DNA of 24,476 nt. Source: an uncultured virus (IMG/VR IMGVR_UViG_3300046524_000154) (taxonomy: Duplodnaviria; Heunggongvirae; Uroviricota; Caudoviricetes). The DNA lies in the IMG/VR virus record IMGVR_UViG_3300046524_000154. The stretch is one strand, 5' to 3'. The position numbers and the translations under genes are program-made. The notes below the pieces were generated by a model. That model made no database searches and was not told where the DNA came from. It worked only from the letters and a program-made list of their open reading frames with translations. This document shows, piece by piece, positions 23,638 to 24,476 of the stretch; the first letter of the stretch is position 1; each line of letters starts with the position of its first letter.

Positions 23638-24381
23638 ATGAAAACCCTTTCGCAAGCTGTTATCGCTAAATCCGAATCCGCTTTCCTCTCGTTCGGCAAA
23701 GTCGCTGCACAGCACACTGTTAGCGCCGATCACGCAGTAATCGCTGAAGTGCGCGCCGCATTGCCGCGCGACGCGCGCGCACACTACAGCGCTTTGTCGC
23801 CTGTAGGTCGCGTGGCAATGTTGATGCAAGACGACGTTACCGCGCGCGATATCTTCATTGCCGACGGTAACGCCTTTGAAGTGTCACAGGGTCGGTTCTT
23901 CCTGTCGTCCGTTGCTCTGTTCCTTCGCATGGGTGACGAGAGCGCACGCGGCGTAGTGCGCGACGCTTGGGCAGACTCGAAAGATAAGCGCCGTGAATAT
24001 GCGCTCAAGATTTTCCGCATGTGCGCAAAAGCCATTGAAGCGGGCCAGGTGGACGGTCTGCGCGCGGTTACTGGCTTTGCATCCCTGCAAGCTCTTTTGC
24101 CCAAGAAAGACGCCGCAGAGAAAGCGCCTATCGAGTCCACGCCCGTAGGCGCGCCTACGCTCACAGGTGCACCGTCTGACGCTGAGCAAGCGGCGCGCGC
24201 GGAACAGGTAGCGGGCGCACAATCGCGCGCCGCAGAGATAGCCGCTCAATTGGCGCGCATCGCTGAAGTGTCCGAAGCGCTCAGCAGTCTTGCCGCGTCC
24301 GATAGCGCGCTCGCATCGCTTGCCGCACTTGCCGCAGACTTGAACGTTTCGCGCGCGTCCCTGGAGTCCCTGACCGCCTAA
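23638..24381 (+). CDS. Hypothetical protein, first gene of the divergent (early-type) unit (247 aa)
   Basis: ATG at 23638 with GGAG RBS; AT-rich upstream with TATAAT (23469-23474) and TGcTATTAT (23535-23543); Ala-rich coiled-coil C-terminus. Confidence 0.8.
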   Translation: MKTLSQAVIAKSESAFLSFGKVAAQHTVSADHAVIAEVRAALPRDARAHYSALSPVGRVAMLMQDDVTARDIFIADGNAFEVSQGRFFLSSVALFLRMGDESARGVVRDAWADSKDKRREYALKIFRMCAKAIEAGQVDGLRAVTGFASLQALLPKKDAAEKAPIESTPVGAPTLTGAPSDAEQAARAEQVAGAQSRAAEIAAQLARIAEVSEALSSLAASDSALASLAALAADLNVSRASLESLTA

Positions 24382-24385
24382 GCGG

Positions 24386-24460
24386 CGCACATGTCGCGCC
24401 CTGGTAGCAGGGCGCACACGTAAGCGTTTGCCGATAGCGAGCGCTTACGCGTTATGTGCG
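24386..24460 (+). other. Three-stem intergenic RNA structure
   Basis: CGCACAT/ATGTGCG encloses hairpins at 24396-24415 and 24419-24449. Confidence 0.5.
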
Positions 24461-24476
24461 GGGGGCTTATGGACGA

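Larger units (their letters stand above)
1..24476. mobile_element. Phage-plasmid (siphovirus-type morphogenesis operon plus iteron/TrfA replicon, ParA partition and dif-like site), partial
   Basis: Terminase-portal-protease-capsid-neck-tube-chaperone-TMP order co-oriented with Rep/iterons/ParA; no host housekeeping genes and no integrase in the window. Confidence 0.9.

Noticed and set aside
24469..24476. Possible start of the next plus-strand gene (GGGGGG...ATG)
   Set aside because: Only 8 bases lie in the window, so it cannot be supported.

Overview
High-GC segment of a long-tailed (siphovirus-like) phage-plasmid. Almost all real genes are on the minus strand; the long plus-strand ORFs in the track are antisense shadows. 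Read right to left: a divergent control region with a candidate cos site (about 23.3 kb); a chain of seven translationally coupled small genes (possible terminase small subunit, Zn-finger protein, two paralogues, HU/IHF-like protein, a QLDMF clamp-motif protein); a complete plasmid-maintenance module (centromere-like repeats, ParA, RHH adaptor, DnaA box plus eight 17-bp iterons, TrfA-family Rep, XerCD dif-like site); a GpA-like terminase large subunit; an accessory islet (73-aa gene, Ig-like protein plus a 41-aa peptide sharing a TFGQPS motif, structured non-coding block); then portal, S49 protease, scaffold, decoration, major capsid, neck genes, tail tube, tail chaperone with a -1 frameshift, and a tape measure gene running off the left edge. 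One plus-strand early-type gene lies at the right end. All calls come from reading motifs and gene order by eye; no database searches or folding programs were run.
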